Below are positions 19,749 to 27,963 of a stretch of DNA of 64,000 nt, one piece after another. A program made the translations under genes and the position numbers. The stretch is from Planctomycetota bacterium (lineage in GTDB: Bacteria > Planctomycetota > Planctomycetia > JALXBF01). The DNA is taken from the NCBI GenBank assembly GCA_026991575.1, contig JALXBF010000105.1, positions 1-64,000 of the forward strand, in the 5' to 3' direction. The first letter of the stretch is position 1; each line of letters opens with the position of its first letter. Under the pieces are notes generated by a model. That model did not search any database and had not been told where the DNA came from. It was given only the letters and a program-made list of their open reading frames with translations.

Positions 19749-19943
19749 ATGCCTCCCGTGGTCGTCTCCGGGCCTGTCGGGGCCGCTCGGGGCAACTCAA
19801 GGCACCGGATGGTGACGTGTACGGCCCGTTACGGTTGCCGCCGAAATATAGCTCACGGCAGGCGCAGCCGCAGCAGGGCGGCACACAGCGGCCGTGTCAG
19901 ACCGACGGGCACTCGTGGCAACGGCCAGACGGGCAACGGGCCG

Positions 19944-21134
19944 CTACCGGCGGTTGAACCAGGCAAGCCAGCGTTTTCGTTCCCTGGTGGTTGCTGTTGC
20001 CAGCGAGCAGTTCGGCTCGATCTTGGTGGTCAGCTGGCGAATGGCTGAGCTTGCACTGGCATCCGGGGCGAGCAACACGGCTGGCTGGCCGGCGTCGTGC
20101 GCGGCGGCCAGGGTATTCCAGTCATTCGGGATCGTGCAATCGACAGGCCGGCCAATCATCTCCTCGATCTTCTCCATCGGGAAGACCATCTCGCGTGAGC
20201 CGACCCGGTTGAAGACCAGAATGACTTCGTCCTGCTCCTCGGCTTCCAACGTCTCCAGCACGCGGGTTACGTTGCGCACGCAGGCCACGTTGAGCTGGGA
20301 GACGACCACGCAGAGGTTCGCATTCGCGATCGCCTCGCGGTCGATTCTGTCCAGCTTCTTCGACGTGTCCACGACGATGTGCGTGAACGTTGACCGCAGC
20401 AGCCCGAGCAATCGGCGGATATCTTCCGGCTCGATCGCACCGACCTCGGCAGCCGACGCCGGGTGAGGTAGGAAGTAGAGCCCGCTGGTGTGCTGGACCA
20501 CCGCCCGTTTCAATAGCGAAAAATCCAGACGGCTAATGTTCTGGACCACGTCGAACAGCGTGTAATCGTGCACGATGTCCAGATGGACATCGGCATCGCC
20601 AAGCACCAGGTCAAGATCCAGGTACAGGACGCGATAGCGCGGATCCTGGGCCAGCAGCACGGCAACGTTGGTAGCGATGGACGTGCAGCCCACGCCGCCG
20701 CTGGTGCCAACGAATGTGACCACTCGACTCAGATCACCCTGCTCGCCCCGCTCGCGTGCCAGGATCTTCCGGGCACGGTCGATTGCCTGCAGCAGGTCGT
20801 CGAGATTGACGGGCCGCAGCAGATACTCGTTCGCACCCGCCCGCATGGCCTGCAAGATCCGCTGGCTGTCGCCGCTGGAGGAAAGCGCAAAGAGCTGCAG
20901 ATCGGGCGAAGCCTGGCGCAGCTCGCGCAGCAGATCGAGCGCAAGGTCCAGGTCCTCGTCCAGTGAGACAGCGACCACGTCGCTGCCGAGCTCGTTGTAC
21001 AGGTCGATCGCCTCGTGATAGCGTGCACAGTCTGCCTCGATCCAGACCGAATCCAGGCCCGCCACGAGCGACTTGAACGCCTCGCGTGCGTCCGGATCGG
21101 CGTCCACCAGGATCATGCGCAGCACTTTGTGCAT
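19944..21134 (-). CDS. cpaE: Pilus localisation protein CpaE/TadZ (receiver-like plus MinD/ParA-like domain)
   Basis: AMRAGANEYL receiver segment; degenerate Walker A GTSGGVGCT; DLDLVLGD; IVVDT. Confidence 0.9.
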   Translation of the reverse strand: MHKVLRMILVDADPDAREAFKSLVAGLDSVWIEADCARYHEAIDLYNELGSDVVAVSLDEDLDLALDLLRELRQASPDLQLFALSSSGDSQRILQAMRAGANEYLLRPVNLDDLLQAIDRARKILARERGEQGDLSRVVTFVGTSGGVGCTSIATNVAVLLAQDPRYRVLYLDLDLVLGDADVHLDIVHDYTLFDVVQNISRLDFSLLKRAVVQHTSGLYFLPHPASAAEVGAIEPEDIRRLLGLLRSTFTHIVVDTSKKLDRIDREAIANANLCVVVSQLNVACVRNVTRVLETLEAEEQDEVILVFNRVGSREMVFPMEKIEEMIGRPVDCTIPNDWNTLAAAHDAGQPAVLLAPDASASSAIRQLTTKIEPNCSLATATTRERKRWLAWFNRR

Positions 21135-21182
21135 CGTTCAACCACTCCAGCAGTCAGGCTCCGACCGATGGGCAAGCTGTCC

Positions 21183-22871
21183 TCAGGGCTCATCGAACCC
21201 ACTGGGACCGGCCAGCGACAGGGGACGTGGCGGATCGGATCGCTCCGCCGCTTCTGACCTTGGCCGGGGACGCTCGCGTGCGGGATCAGTCCCAGCATCC
21301 CCGCCGGGCGTTGGCTGTCCCGATGCAGGCACCTCGGGCAGCTGCTGCAGCTCGGCATCAAGCTGGATCCCTTCGGGCACAGCAGTGCCGGGGCGGCGGT
21401 AGTTCCGCAAGACACCACGCCGCTTCAGTTCGTAGCGTTTGCGGTCGGCGGGCTGTCGGCTTCGTCGTTCAATCTTGCCTTCCAAGAATAGCTCGCTGTC
21501 CGTGGGGGGCCGGGTCTCGCTGCCGGGCAGGTAAGCGGGTGCCAGTTCTTTGGGCACACCGGCAACGATCTCAGGGGTCAGGAGGATGACAATCTCGCGC
21601 TCGTCCTCCGACGACTCGACGATGCGGAAGGCAGCGCCGACGATGGGCAGGTCGCCGAGCACGGGCACCTTGCGGGTCTGGGCATTCTCCTTGCGTTGCA
21701 GCAAACCGGCCATGGCCAGCGTCTGGCCGGAGCGCATCGTGACGGTGGTCTCGGCCCGGCGTGCCCGCAGCCCAGGCACCAGGCTGCCGGCAAAGGCCGC
21801 CCCCAGCGTCTGGTCGGGCTCGCTGACCTCAGCACTGACCTGGAGCCGGATCCACCCATCGGCCATCACCGTCGGCAGGAAGTTCAGCCGCACACCAAAG
21901 GTGCGGAACTCGACCGTGTACGTGATCTGGTTGCTTTGCGTCGGCTGAGGCACCAGGATGGCAAACTCGCCACCATCCAGAAACGAAGCGGGCCGGCCGG
22001 AGTTGGAGACCAGTATCGGCTCGGCCAGCAACTTCGCAATGCCCTCCTCCTTCAGCGCGCGCAGGAGCGCGAGCCACTCGTCATTGGCATCGGCAACGCG
22101 CCAGGCGAAGTTCGCACCAACGGTCTGAGCAAGGGCATCGGCAGGGCCGCCCAGGCTAAGTGGCTCGGCGACCGAGTCCAGCGCACCCAGGAAACCGAGC
22201 ATGCTCGTGATGCTGGCATCGTCACCGTCAAACGAGAACGCAGCGTGCGTGCTGCGGAAATTGAGGCCGAGTTGCCGAAGCTTCGTACGCGATACCTCCG
22301 CCACGACCAGACGGAGTTGCACTTGCTGAGGGTTCGCAATGGTCAGGTTGTTGACCACGTCCACGCCGTAGGCAGCAATCGCCTGGACGATCCGCGTGGC
22401 CGTCTCGGCGTTGTCGACGTAGCCCTTCACCAGCACGCTTGTCTCGGAGATGGGATGAAGTTCCACGGAAACGTTGGGGAAGCCGAGCTCAACGATCGCA
22501 CGCAACTGGCTGATGTCGGGCAGCACCCGCACGGTGACCAGGATTTTCCGTCCGGTTTCATCGGTTACCACGATGCGTCCCAAGCCCGGCGTGTCTCCTG
22601 CGGTGATGCGCAGCTCATCGGGACTGCGGCCGCCGCGTGCGGTGAGCAGATCGGGATTCTTGATGTCGATGACCTTGATCAGCCGCGGAAGGGTGATGGT
22701 GGTGGACTCGCCGACCACGAGCGTCACGGTTCGTTCCTCGTCGTAGTCGGTCAACGCGGCAACTGGCGTAACCGCTTGCGGCTCACTCTGAGCGGCCGCT
22801 TGCCTGGAGACTGCCAGCGACAGTACGCAGATGGAAACGATGAGCAAGCCGACCGTCCGTGGCCTCTGCAT
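21183..22871 (-). CDS. cpaC: Tad secretin CpaC/RcpA
   Basis: Signal peptide from MQRPRT; QQVQLRLVVAEVSR, LAEPIL..SGRPASFLDGGEF, FGVRLNFLPTV, KVPVLGDLPIVGAAF. Confidence 0.93.
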   Translation of the reverse strand: MQRPRTVGLLIVSICVLSLAVSRQAAAQSEPQAVTPVAALTDYDEERTVTLVVGESTTITLPRLIKVIDIKNPDLLTARGGRSPDELRITAGDTPGLGRIVVTDETGRKILVTVRVLPDISQLRAIVELGFPNVSVELHPISETSVLVKGYVDNAETATRIVQAIAAYGVDVVNNLTIANPQQVQLRLVVAEVSRTKLRQLGLNFRSTHAAFSFDGDDASITSMLGFLGALDSVAEPLSLGGPADALAQTVGANFAWRVADANDEWLALLRALKEEGIAKLLAEPILVSNSGRPASFLDGGEFAILVPQPTQSNQITYTVEFRTFGVRLNFLPTVMADGWIRLQVSAEVSEPDQTLGAAFAGSLVPGLRARRAETTVTMRSGQTLAMAGLLQRKENAQTRKVPVLGDLPIVGAAFRIVESSEDEREIVILLTPEIVAGVPKELAPAYLPGSETRPPTDSELFLEGKIERRSRQPADRKRYELKRRGVLRNYRRPGTAVPEGIQLDAELQQLPEVPASGQPTPGGDAGTDPARERPRPRSEAAERSDPPRPLSLAGPSGFDEP

Positions 22872-22952
22872 GGTGTGGGTCCTCGCGCTTGACAATCCCG
22901 GCAGTGCAAACCGTCGGACTGCCCGACGACCAAACAACGACCCCGTTGGTAG

Positions 22953-23030
22953 GTGTCGACGTGACTGGGCAGTCTCATGAAGTCGGGGCCGGGCCAGGGC
23001 GGTGCGTACACCGGTTTGTAGCGGTTTTGC
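22953..23030 (-). promoter_or_regulatory. Putative sigma28-like internal promoter for cpaC with upstream CCGG/GCTACA motif
   Basis: Minus strand TCATG-N15-GTCGACAC (22980-22953); upstream plus-strand ccggtttgtagc (23011-23022). Confidence 0.4.
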
Positions 23031-23045
23031 CGTGCGGCGCCGGCA

Positions 23046-23909
23046 TCATGGCCCACTGGTCGCACTGACCCTCTGGTACGTCTGATGCTCGATACTGTCG
23101 CCGTTGATGATCTCGATGACGTACTCGTCGCTCGTGGCCGTGATCAGCTCATGGGCGGGTTCCTCTTCGGTCTGCTCCGCCGGCTCGGGATCTTTCCGCC
23201 ACAGCTTTGCGATATCGACGGCGGGGATGCCGGCCGTGCCGGACTCGCCCGGTCGCCGCAGGGCGAGTTTGATCTGGCCATTCTCCACGGCAGCAGCCAG
23301 CAGGAGGAACTGCTCTGGGGTAACTTCCAGGGTGACGACTTCCCGTTCAGGCCCCCTGCGGTAGCCGGACTTGGTGCTCTTTTGCTTTGCCTTCGTCGTT
23401 GGATCCCCCACGGCCAGGACTCTGAGGTTCTGCATAAGCAGGCGGGCCTCGTGGCCCTGCGAGCCGTCGGTTGGGCCGATCCAAACGACATCGACGCGGT
23501 CGCCGGAACGGAGGTGCTTGGCCAGCCGGGCCGCCTCGCCGTCAAGCTGAACCGTGTAGGCGCGCATGCCCGGTGCGACCATCGCCTGAATCACGCCGTC
23601 GCTGCTGGCCACCGCGCTGTGCACGATCGGAGCATTCAGATCAACGGGAACCGTAAGCACCTGGCCCACCACCTCCTCGACCGACCGAAACGCCCCCTTG
23701 GGCGCCACATCCCTGGGAAGGCGCACGACGCGCACCATGTTCGATTCGAGCACGGTGCCCGTCTGCAACGGCCGCGCGGCAACCACGACGGGCACACCGC
23801 CGGACGGGCGCTTCTGGCTGCTGTTCTTCACGTAGCGGACCACCGAGATGCTGGCAAATAGGCCGCAGCCGGCGGCGACGATCAGCAGGATGATCGATCT
23901 TGGGCTCAT
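23046..23909 (-). CDS. cpaB: Flp pilus assembly protein CpaB/RcpC
   Basis: SAF domain VVVAARPL..G..L; PGMRAYTV; GDRVDV; QNLRVLAVG; VTLEVTPEQ; G.IKLALR. Confidence 0.93.
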   Translation of the reverse strand: MSPRSIILLIVAAGCGLFASISVVRYVKNSSQKRPSGGVPVVVAARPLQTGTVLESNMVRVVRLPRDVAPKGAFRSVEEVVGQVLTVPVDLNAPIVHSAVASSDGVIQAMVAPGMRAYTVQLDGEAARLAKHLRSGDRVDVVWIGPTDGSQGHEARLLMQNLRVLAVGDPTTKAKQKSTKSGYRRGPEREVVTLEVTPEQFLLLAAAVENGQIKLALRRPGESGTAGIPAVDIAKLWRKDPEPAEQTEEEPAHELITATSDEYVIEIINGDSIEHQTYQRVSATSGP

Positions 23910-23942
23910 CGGTTCTGCTCCTCTCGCGCGCGCGGATCATGC

Positions 23943-24365
23943 TCATGAGCCGTTCACACCGTCGATCCATTCGCGGCGCATCACGGCTGTGGCCCGGATT
24001 TCGACCCCGTCCAGATACATCGGGGATCCCAGCCACGAGATCTGGTCGAAATCCACGAGCACAGTGACCGTGATCGGATCTCCGTCTGATGCGCTGGTTG
24101 GCGGATCTGGATCAAACGTGATCTGGAAACTGCTTATGCCGGCTTCGCTGAGCACGTTATAAGCACGTCCGATAGCCTGCTCTTTGGTCGTACCGGGCAG
24201 CACAGCGATGCGACATGCCTCGCGCGCTGCCAGCGTCACGGCCTGCTTCGCATACAGGAACTGGCCGTACTCGACGATTCCCATGACCACGAGCACGAAC
24301 ACCGGTACCAGGATTGCGAATTCGACCAACGCAGCACCACGTCGACGATTGTCACCGGCACGCAT
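23943..24365 (-). CDS. tadE: TadE-like pseudopilin
   Basis: RRG/AALVEFAILVPVF..G..EYG...AAREACR; ATG 24365 with GAGGTG RBS. Confidence 0.88.
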   Translation of the reverse strand: MRAGDNRRRGAALVEFAILVPVFVLVVMGIVEYGQFLYAKQAVTLAAREACRIAVLPGTTKEQAIGRAYNVLSEAGISSFQITFDPDPPTSASDGDPITVTVLVDFDQISWLGSPMYLDGVEIRATAVMRREWIDGVNGS

Positions 24366-24399
24366 CTGAGTCACCTCCCCGGCGAAAGGAACCACTCGC

Positions 24400-24921
24400 C
24401 TACAACATGCCGTCGGTCACCATCCAGTACCAGAACGCCGCCGCGATCGGCACGGCGTAAGGCAGCGCCAGGTGACGGTACCGGGCAGAGCGGACCACCT
24501 CGGGTGCAATCCGCGGCTGGACGAACAGGGCGACCAGCCGCCAGAGCAGACGCTTCAGCGGCTCGCCAGAGCGTTGCCGCACGGCGTGCGCCAGGACCGA
24601 CAGCACAGCCAGCAACCCGCCGGCGATCGCAGCATACATCAGCACCTCAGCAGAAGCGGCCGGACCACACCATGCCCCCAGCCCGGCAGCCAATTTCACG
24701 TCACCAGCCCCGGTGGCCCCCAGCAGGTAGAAGACCAGCAGGATCCCCCCTGCCAGCAGCATCCCCAACACGGCGCTGCCTGCCCCGCGCAGGCCGTGGA
24801 AGGCCAGATGGTACACCAGGCCAGTCAACACGAACGGCAAAGTCAGCTTGTTCGGGATCCGCCGGTACCGCCAGTCCCACAGCGCTGCGACGGCCATCAC
24901 CAGGGCAACGAACCAGTACAT
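24400..24921 (-). CDS. cpaA: Prepilin peptidase A24 (CpaA/TadV)
   Basis: WDWRYRRIPN, GAGDVKL, LPYAVPI; ATG 24921 with AGGAG RBS. Confidence 0.92.
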   Translation of the reverse strand: MYWFVALVMAVAALWDWRYRRIPNKLTLPFVLTGLVYHLAFHGLRGAGSAVLGMLLAGGILLVFYLLGATGAGDVKLAAGLGAWCGPAASAEVLMYAAIAGGLLAVLSVLAHAVRQRSGEPLKRLLWRLVALFVQPRIAPEVVRSARYRHLALPYAVPIAAAFWYWMVTDGML

Positions 24922-25016
24922 CGCGTCCGCTCCTGTCCGAAAGAACCGGTGGCGACCGCGGACGGCTCGGGCCCGTGGTCGCCACCTGCGCATCGTCCCT
25001 CAGATCACCAGCGACG

Positions 25017-25214
25017 CTAGTTGCTGCTGCCGCTCGAGGCGTTGGAGATCTCGTCGGCAACGTCGTCGAATGTGTCCCTGACCTGAGTACCCAGCGTCTG
25101 AATCGCCGTCAGGGCGACGACCACGATCAGCGCGACCATGACGGCATACTCGACTGCGGTAGCACCGTCTTCTTCGGCGAAAAAGCGGCGAACACCGGCA
25201 AGAACCTTCTTCAT
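25017..25214 (-). CDS. flp: Flp family pilin (major)
   Basis: EEDG/ATAVEYAVM Flp motif followed by a hydrophobic helix; GAGGTG RBS. Confidence 0.95.
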   Translation of the reverse strand: MKKVLAGVRRFFAEEDGATAVEYAVMVALIVVVALTAIQTLGTQVRDTFDDVADEISNASSGSSN

Positions 25215-25362
25215 GGCTTACACCTCACCCGAAGTGCTCATGGCACCCACGTCAAGACACACGCTGGGGCGGGTGCCATCCCCCAGTCAGAACAAACAGA
25301 CCTGCATCCGGACATGTCCCCGTCTCGGCCGGCCTCTCCGGGGCGTCTTCCGTGTCCACCCA

Positions 25363-25391
25363 ACCGTAGAACGCACTTGAGGAGGTGTCAA
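25363..25391 (-). promoter_or_regulatory. sigma70-type promoter for the flp/tad operon
   Basis: Minus strand TTGACA-N17-TACGGT (perfect -35 and canonical spacing). Confidence 0.6.
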
Positions 25392-25427
25392 ACAAAAAGC
25401 GGCGAGCGGACACCAGGTCCGCTCGCC
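25390..25427 (-). terminator. Intrinsic terminator of the acidic-protein gene
   Basis: Perfect 11-bp stem GGCGAGCGGAC/GTCCGCTCGCC (25401-25427) with a 5-nt loop, followed on the minus strand by GC-TTTTTGTTT. Confidence 0.8.
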
Positions 25428-25457
25428 TGCTGGCCGCTTCGCCGTGCGGCGTACCGC

Positions 25458-27428
25458 TTAGTCCTGGGCAGCTTCTGCCTCGCGCTCCCAGCTGCGGAGC
25501 TCGCAGTAGCGGCAGCTCAGCTCACCGCCATCCTCCAGCAGTGCCTCGATCTCGCCGTCGGCCTGCTGATCGGAGGTCATGTTGCCCAGGTAGCGGTCGA
25601 CCGGAACCGACCGGACAGCGTTCTCGATCTGCTCCATGGCACGAGCGGCATGCATGAGCAGGGTGCTCAGGCGAATACCCTGCAGGGCGTTGAAGGTCAT
25701 CCGGGCATCGCCCTGGCGCTGCTCAGCATTCTGATCCATGGGCTCGGTCGTCTCGTCTTCGATCCCGTACTCGTAGTCGTACAGGTACCAGTCCTGCTCT
25801 TCGCCCATGGTGTCCTGCTCGGCGTCCCACGTCTCGCGCCGGTCCGCGCTGTCCGTTGAGAACATCTCTTCGTCGGCAATGCCCGCCGGCGTCTCGGTTC
25901 GACCGGCCTCGGACGCTTCCCAGGCGAAGTCGTCGATCTGCTCAGGATCGGTCGTTTCGACAGGAACATCCTGAGCCTGATCGAACTGACCGTCTGCCTC
26001 ACCATACTCGCTGTGCCAGGCGTCCGAGTAGTCGTCGTACCAATCACCGTCGAACTCTTGCTGGTCCGGTTCGCCGGCTTGGTCATCGGCATCGGCGTCG
26101 CTTTGACCATAGGAATCTTCGTACGGCGCGTCCCAGGCCATCTCTTCGCGGGACCGGCCGGTCTCGTCAATCTGCTCCTCAGCAATCGCGTCGCTGAGAA
26201 GAGCGTCGTCGGACGTTGCCTGGTCCTCGATGCGGCCCTGGCCGTCTAGGGTCTCCTCGTGGCTGCCATACAAGTCCTGCTCAAGGGTCTGCTCGTAGTC
26301 GTTCAAGGTGTCGGCCGAATCGCCGGCCGCAGCATCCAGCGCTTCCTGCTCCGGATCGATGCCGTAGTCGTCGTAGAGGTACGGTTCGGGCTCAGCCCAC
26401 TGGTCAGCCGCCTCGTTCTCCTCCTGCCAGCCCTGCTCGTAATGCTCGTCCCAGGCATCGCCAGTCGGCATGTCGACCTCGTCGGCCGTGTCGAAGGAGT
26501 ATTCGAGGTAGTCGTCGACATGGGACGGGTCGAGCGGCTGCTCGGATCGCTCGATCGCCTCGTCACCGATAAACGGCTCCTCGCCGTATGCCTCACGCAG
26601 GTCCATCTGGTCGGCGGCTGTGCCCGCTTCGCTCGGCTCGTCGCCGGTCAGGGCGCCGTAGTCGAACCAGGCCGGCGCGTCAGCATCGGCCTCTTCAGCA
26701 CGCACCGCCTCCGGGTCCTCGGCCTCGGCGGCCTCTTCTTGCTGAGCCGGATAGGGATCGTTGATCAGGTTGCGGTGGATCCAGTCCTCTTCGTCGAGCT
26801 GGTCTTCGTAGCGGAGCGGCTCGTCGTTGAGCTGCGCATCGGCGTCCGGCTCGTCTTCCTGCCAGCCGAATGCGTCCGGGTTCGTCTGTTCATTGAGCTC
26901 CTGCGCGATCTCGTCACCCGTGTGGCGGCTATCGCCATCGATCACTTCGGCGTCGTCGGACTGCGTCTCGGCGGCAAACTCTTCGAAGTACTCGTCGTTG
27001 AAGTCGCTATAGTAGTCCTCGCTGAAGAGCTCGTCACCGGATTCTGCATCGTTCCGCTCGGCACCAAGATTATCGGCCGCGTAATCCTGGTCCGCGCGAT
27101 CCGTACCAATAACGGAATCGTGGCAAGGGCAGGAGGGGTCGTTGCAGAAGCCGAGCTCATCGATGTAGTAATCTTCGTCGGAGCGGCTGTCCTGATCGGC
27201 CGCCACCTGCTCGCTCTGCCCTTCCCGGTCTGCGATGGCAGCGTTGACGAAGTAAACATCCGCCAGCTCGGCACGAAGCTTACACCAGTCGCCGGCGGTG
27301 ACAACCTGGTGAAGCAGACTCGTGTGCGCCGTGTTCCGCAGGGCCAGCTGCATGTCCGCTCGAACCAGCGACGCGCGACACGCGAGAGCACCTGCGGCAA
27401 CAGCGGCAAAATGCCACCATTTACGCAT
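25458..27428 (-). CDS. Exported, extremely acidic low-complexity protein of unknown function
   Basis: GGAGG RBS, signal peptide MRKWWHFAAVAAGALACRASLVRA, long D/E-rich body with Y/W/F clusters, own terminator. Confidence 0.85.
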   Translation of the reverse strand: MRKWWHFAAVAAGALACRASLVRADMQLALRNTAHTSLLHQVVTAGDWCKLRAELADVYFVNAAIADREGQSEQVAADQDSRSDEDYYIDELGFCNDPSCPCHDSVIGTDRADQDYAADNLGAERNDAESGDELFSEDYYSDFNDEYFEEFAAETQSDDAEVIDGDSRHTGDEIAQELNEQTNPDAFGWQEDEPDADAQLNDEPLRYEDQLDEEDWIHRNLINDPYPAQQEEAAEAEDPEAVRAEEADADAPAWFDYGALTGDEPSEAGTAADQMDLREAYGEEPFIGDEAIERSEQPLDPSHVDDYLEYSFDTADEVDMPTGDAWDEHYEQGWQEENEAADQWAEPEPYLYDDYGIDPEQEALDAAAGDSADTLNDYEQTLEQDLYGSHEETLDGQGRIEDQATSDDALLSDAIAEEQIDETGRSREEMAWDAPYEDSYGQSDADADDQAGEPDQQEFDGDWYDDYSDAWHSEYGEADGQFDQAQDVPVETTDPEQIDDFAWEASEAGRTETPAGIADEEMFSTDSADRRETWDAEQDTMGEEQDWYLYDYEYGIEDETTEPMDQNAEQRQGDARMTFNALQGIRLSTLLMHAARAMEQIENAVRSVPVDRYLGNMTSDQQADGEIEALLEDGGELSCRYCELRSWEREAEAAQD

Positions 27429-27540
27429 GCTAGTTCCTCCAATCCGAGTCGCGTTGAAGCACAACGCAGACTACTGAGTCTTCGGACGGTCAAACGAGGC
27501 GGGTCAGCAAGGGCGAGGATCGCTTGCGTTCCATGACCGG

Positions 27541-27637
27541 ATATCGGCGGCGCAAAATGGCGGTTATGGGCGATTTGGGTAGCGCAGGAGAGCGTGGCGA
27601 AGATAACAGGGAGATTGCTGGATGTGCCGGTTGTAGC
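27541..27637 (-). promoter_or_regulatory. Putative sigma28 (FliA/WhiG)-like promoter for the acidic-protein gene
   Basis: Minus strand ATAA-N15-GCCGATAT (27567-27541), versus consensus TAAA-N15-GCCGATAA; upstream plus-strand ctggatgtg-ccggttgtagc. Confidence 0.5.
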
Positions 27638-27755
27638 TCACACTACCCCCCCGAAGACAGACCGAGCGTCGTCGGCCACCATGCTACAGTTGGGCGAGAC
27701 CGGCCCGAGCGTTGACCGGGCCGGCAGGCAGAACGAAGGTGGGAGGACGAAGACA

Positions 27756-27947
27756 ATGGCGCGAGCGGTGGGTCCGAATCAGCGGCGGAGACGGACAGGG
27801 GCAACGGTGGTGGAGTACGCTATCATGTTGGTCTTGGTGGCTGTCGTTGTCCTAGCAGCCATTTCGGCGCTCGGGACGGCCACCTCGGAAAGCTTCGAAA
27901 CCTCGCGGGACCAGATCGCGGCCGCTGTCAACAGTAACACGCCGTGA
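27756..27947 (+). CDS. flp: Second Flp family pilin
   Basis: RRRRTG/ATVVEYAIM Flp motif plus hydrophobic helix; GGAGG RBS before ATG 27756. Confidence 0.85.
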   Translation: MARAVGPNQRRRRTGATVVEYAIMLVLVAVVVLAAISALGTATSESFETSRDQIAAAVNSNTP

Positions 27948-27963
27948 CCCAGCCGCACGCGGC

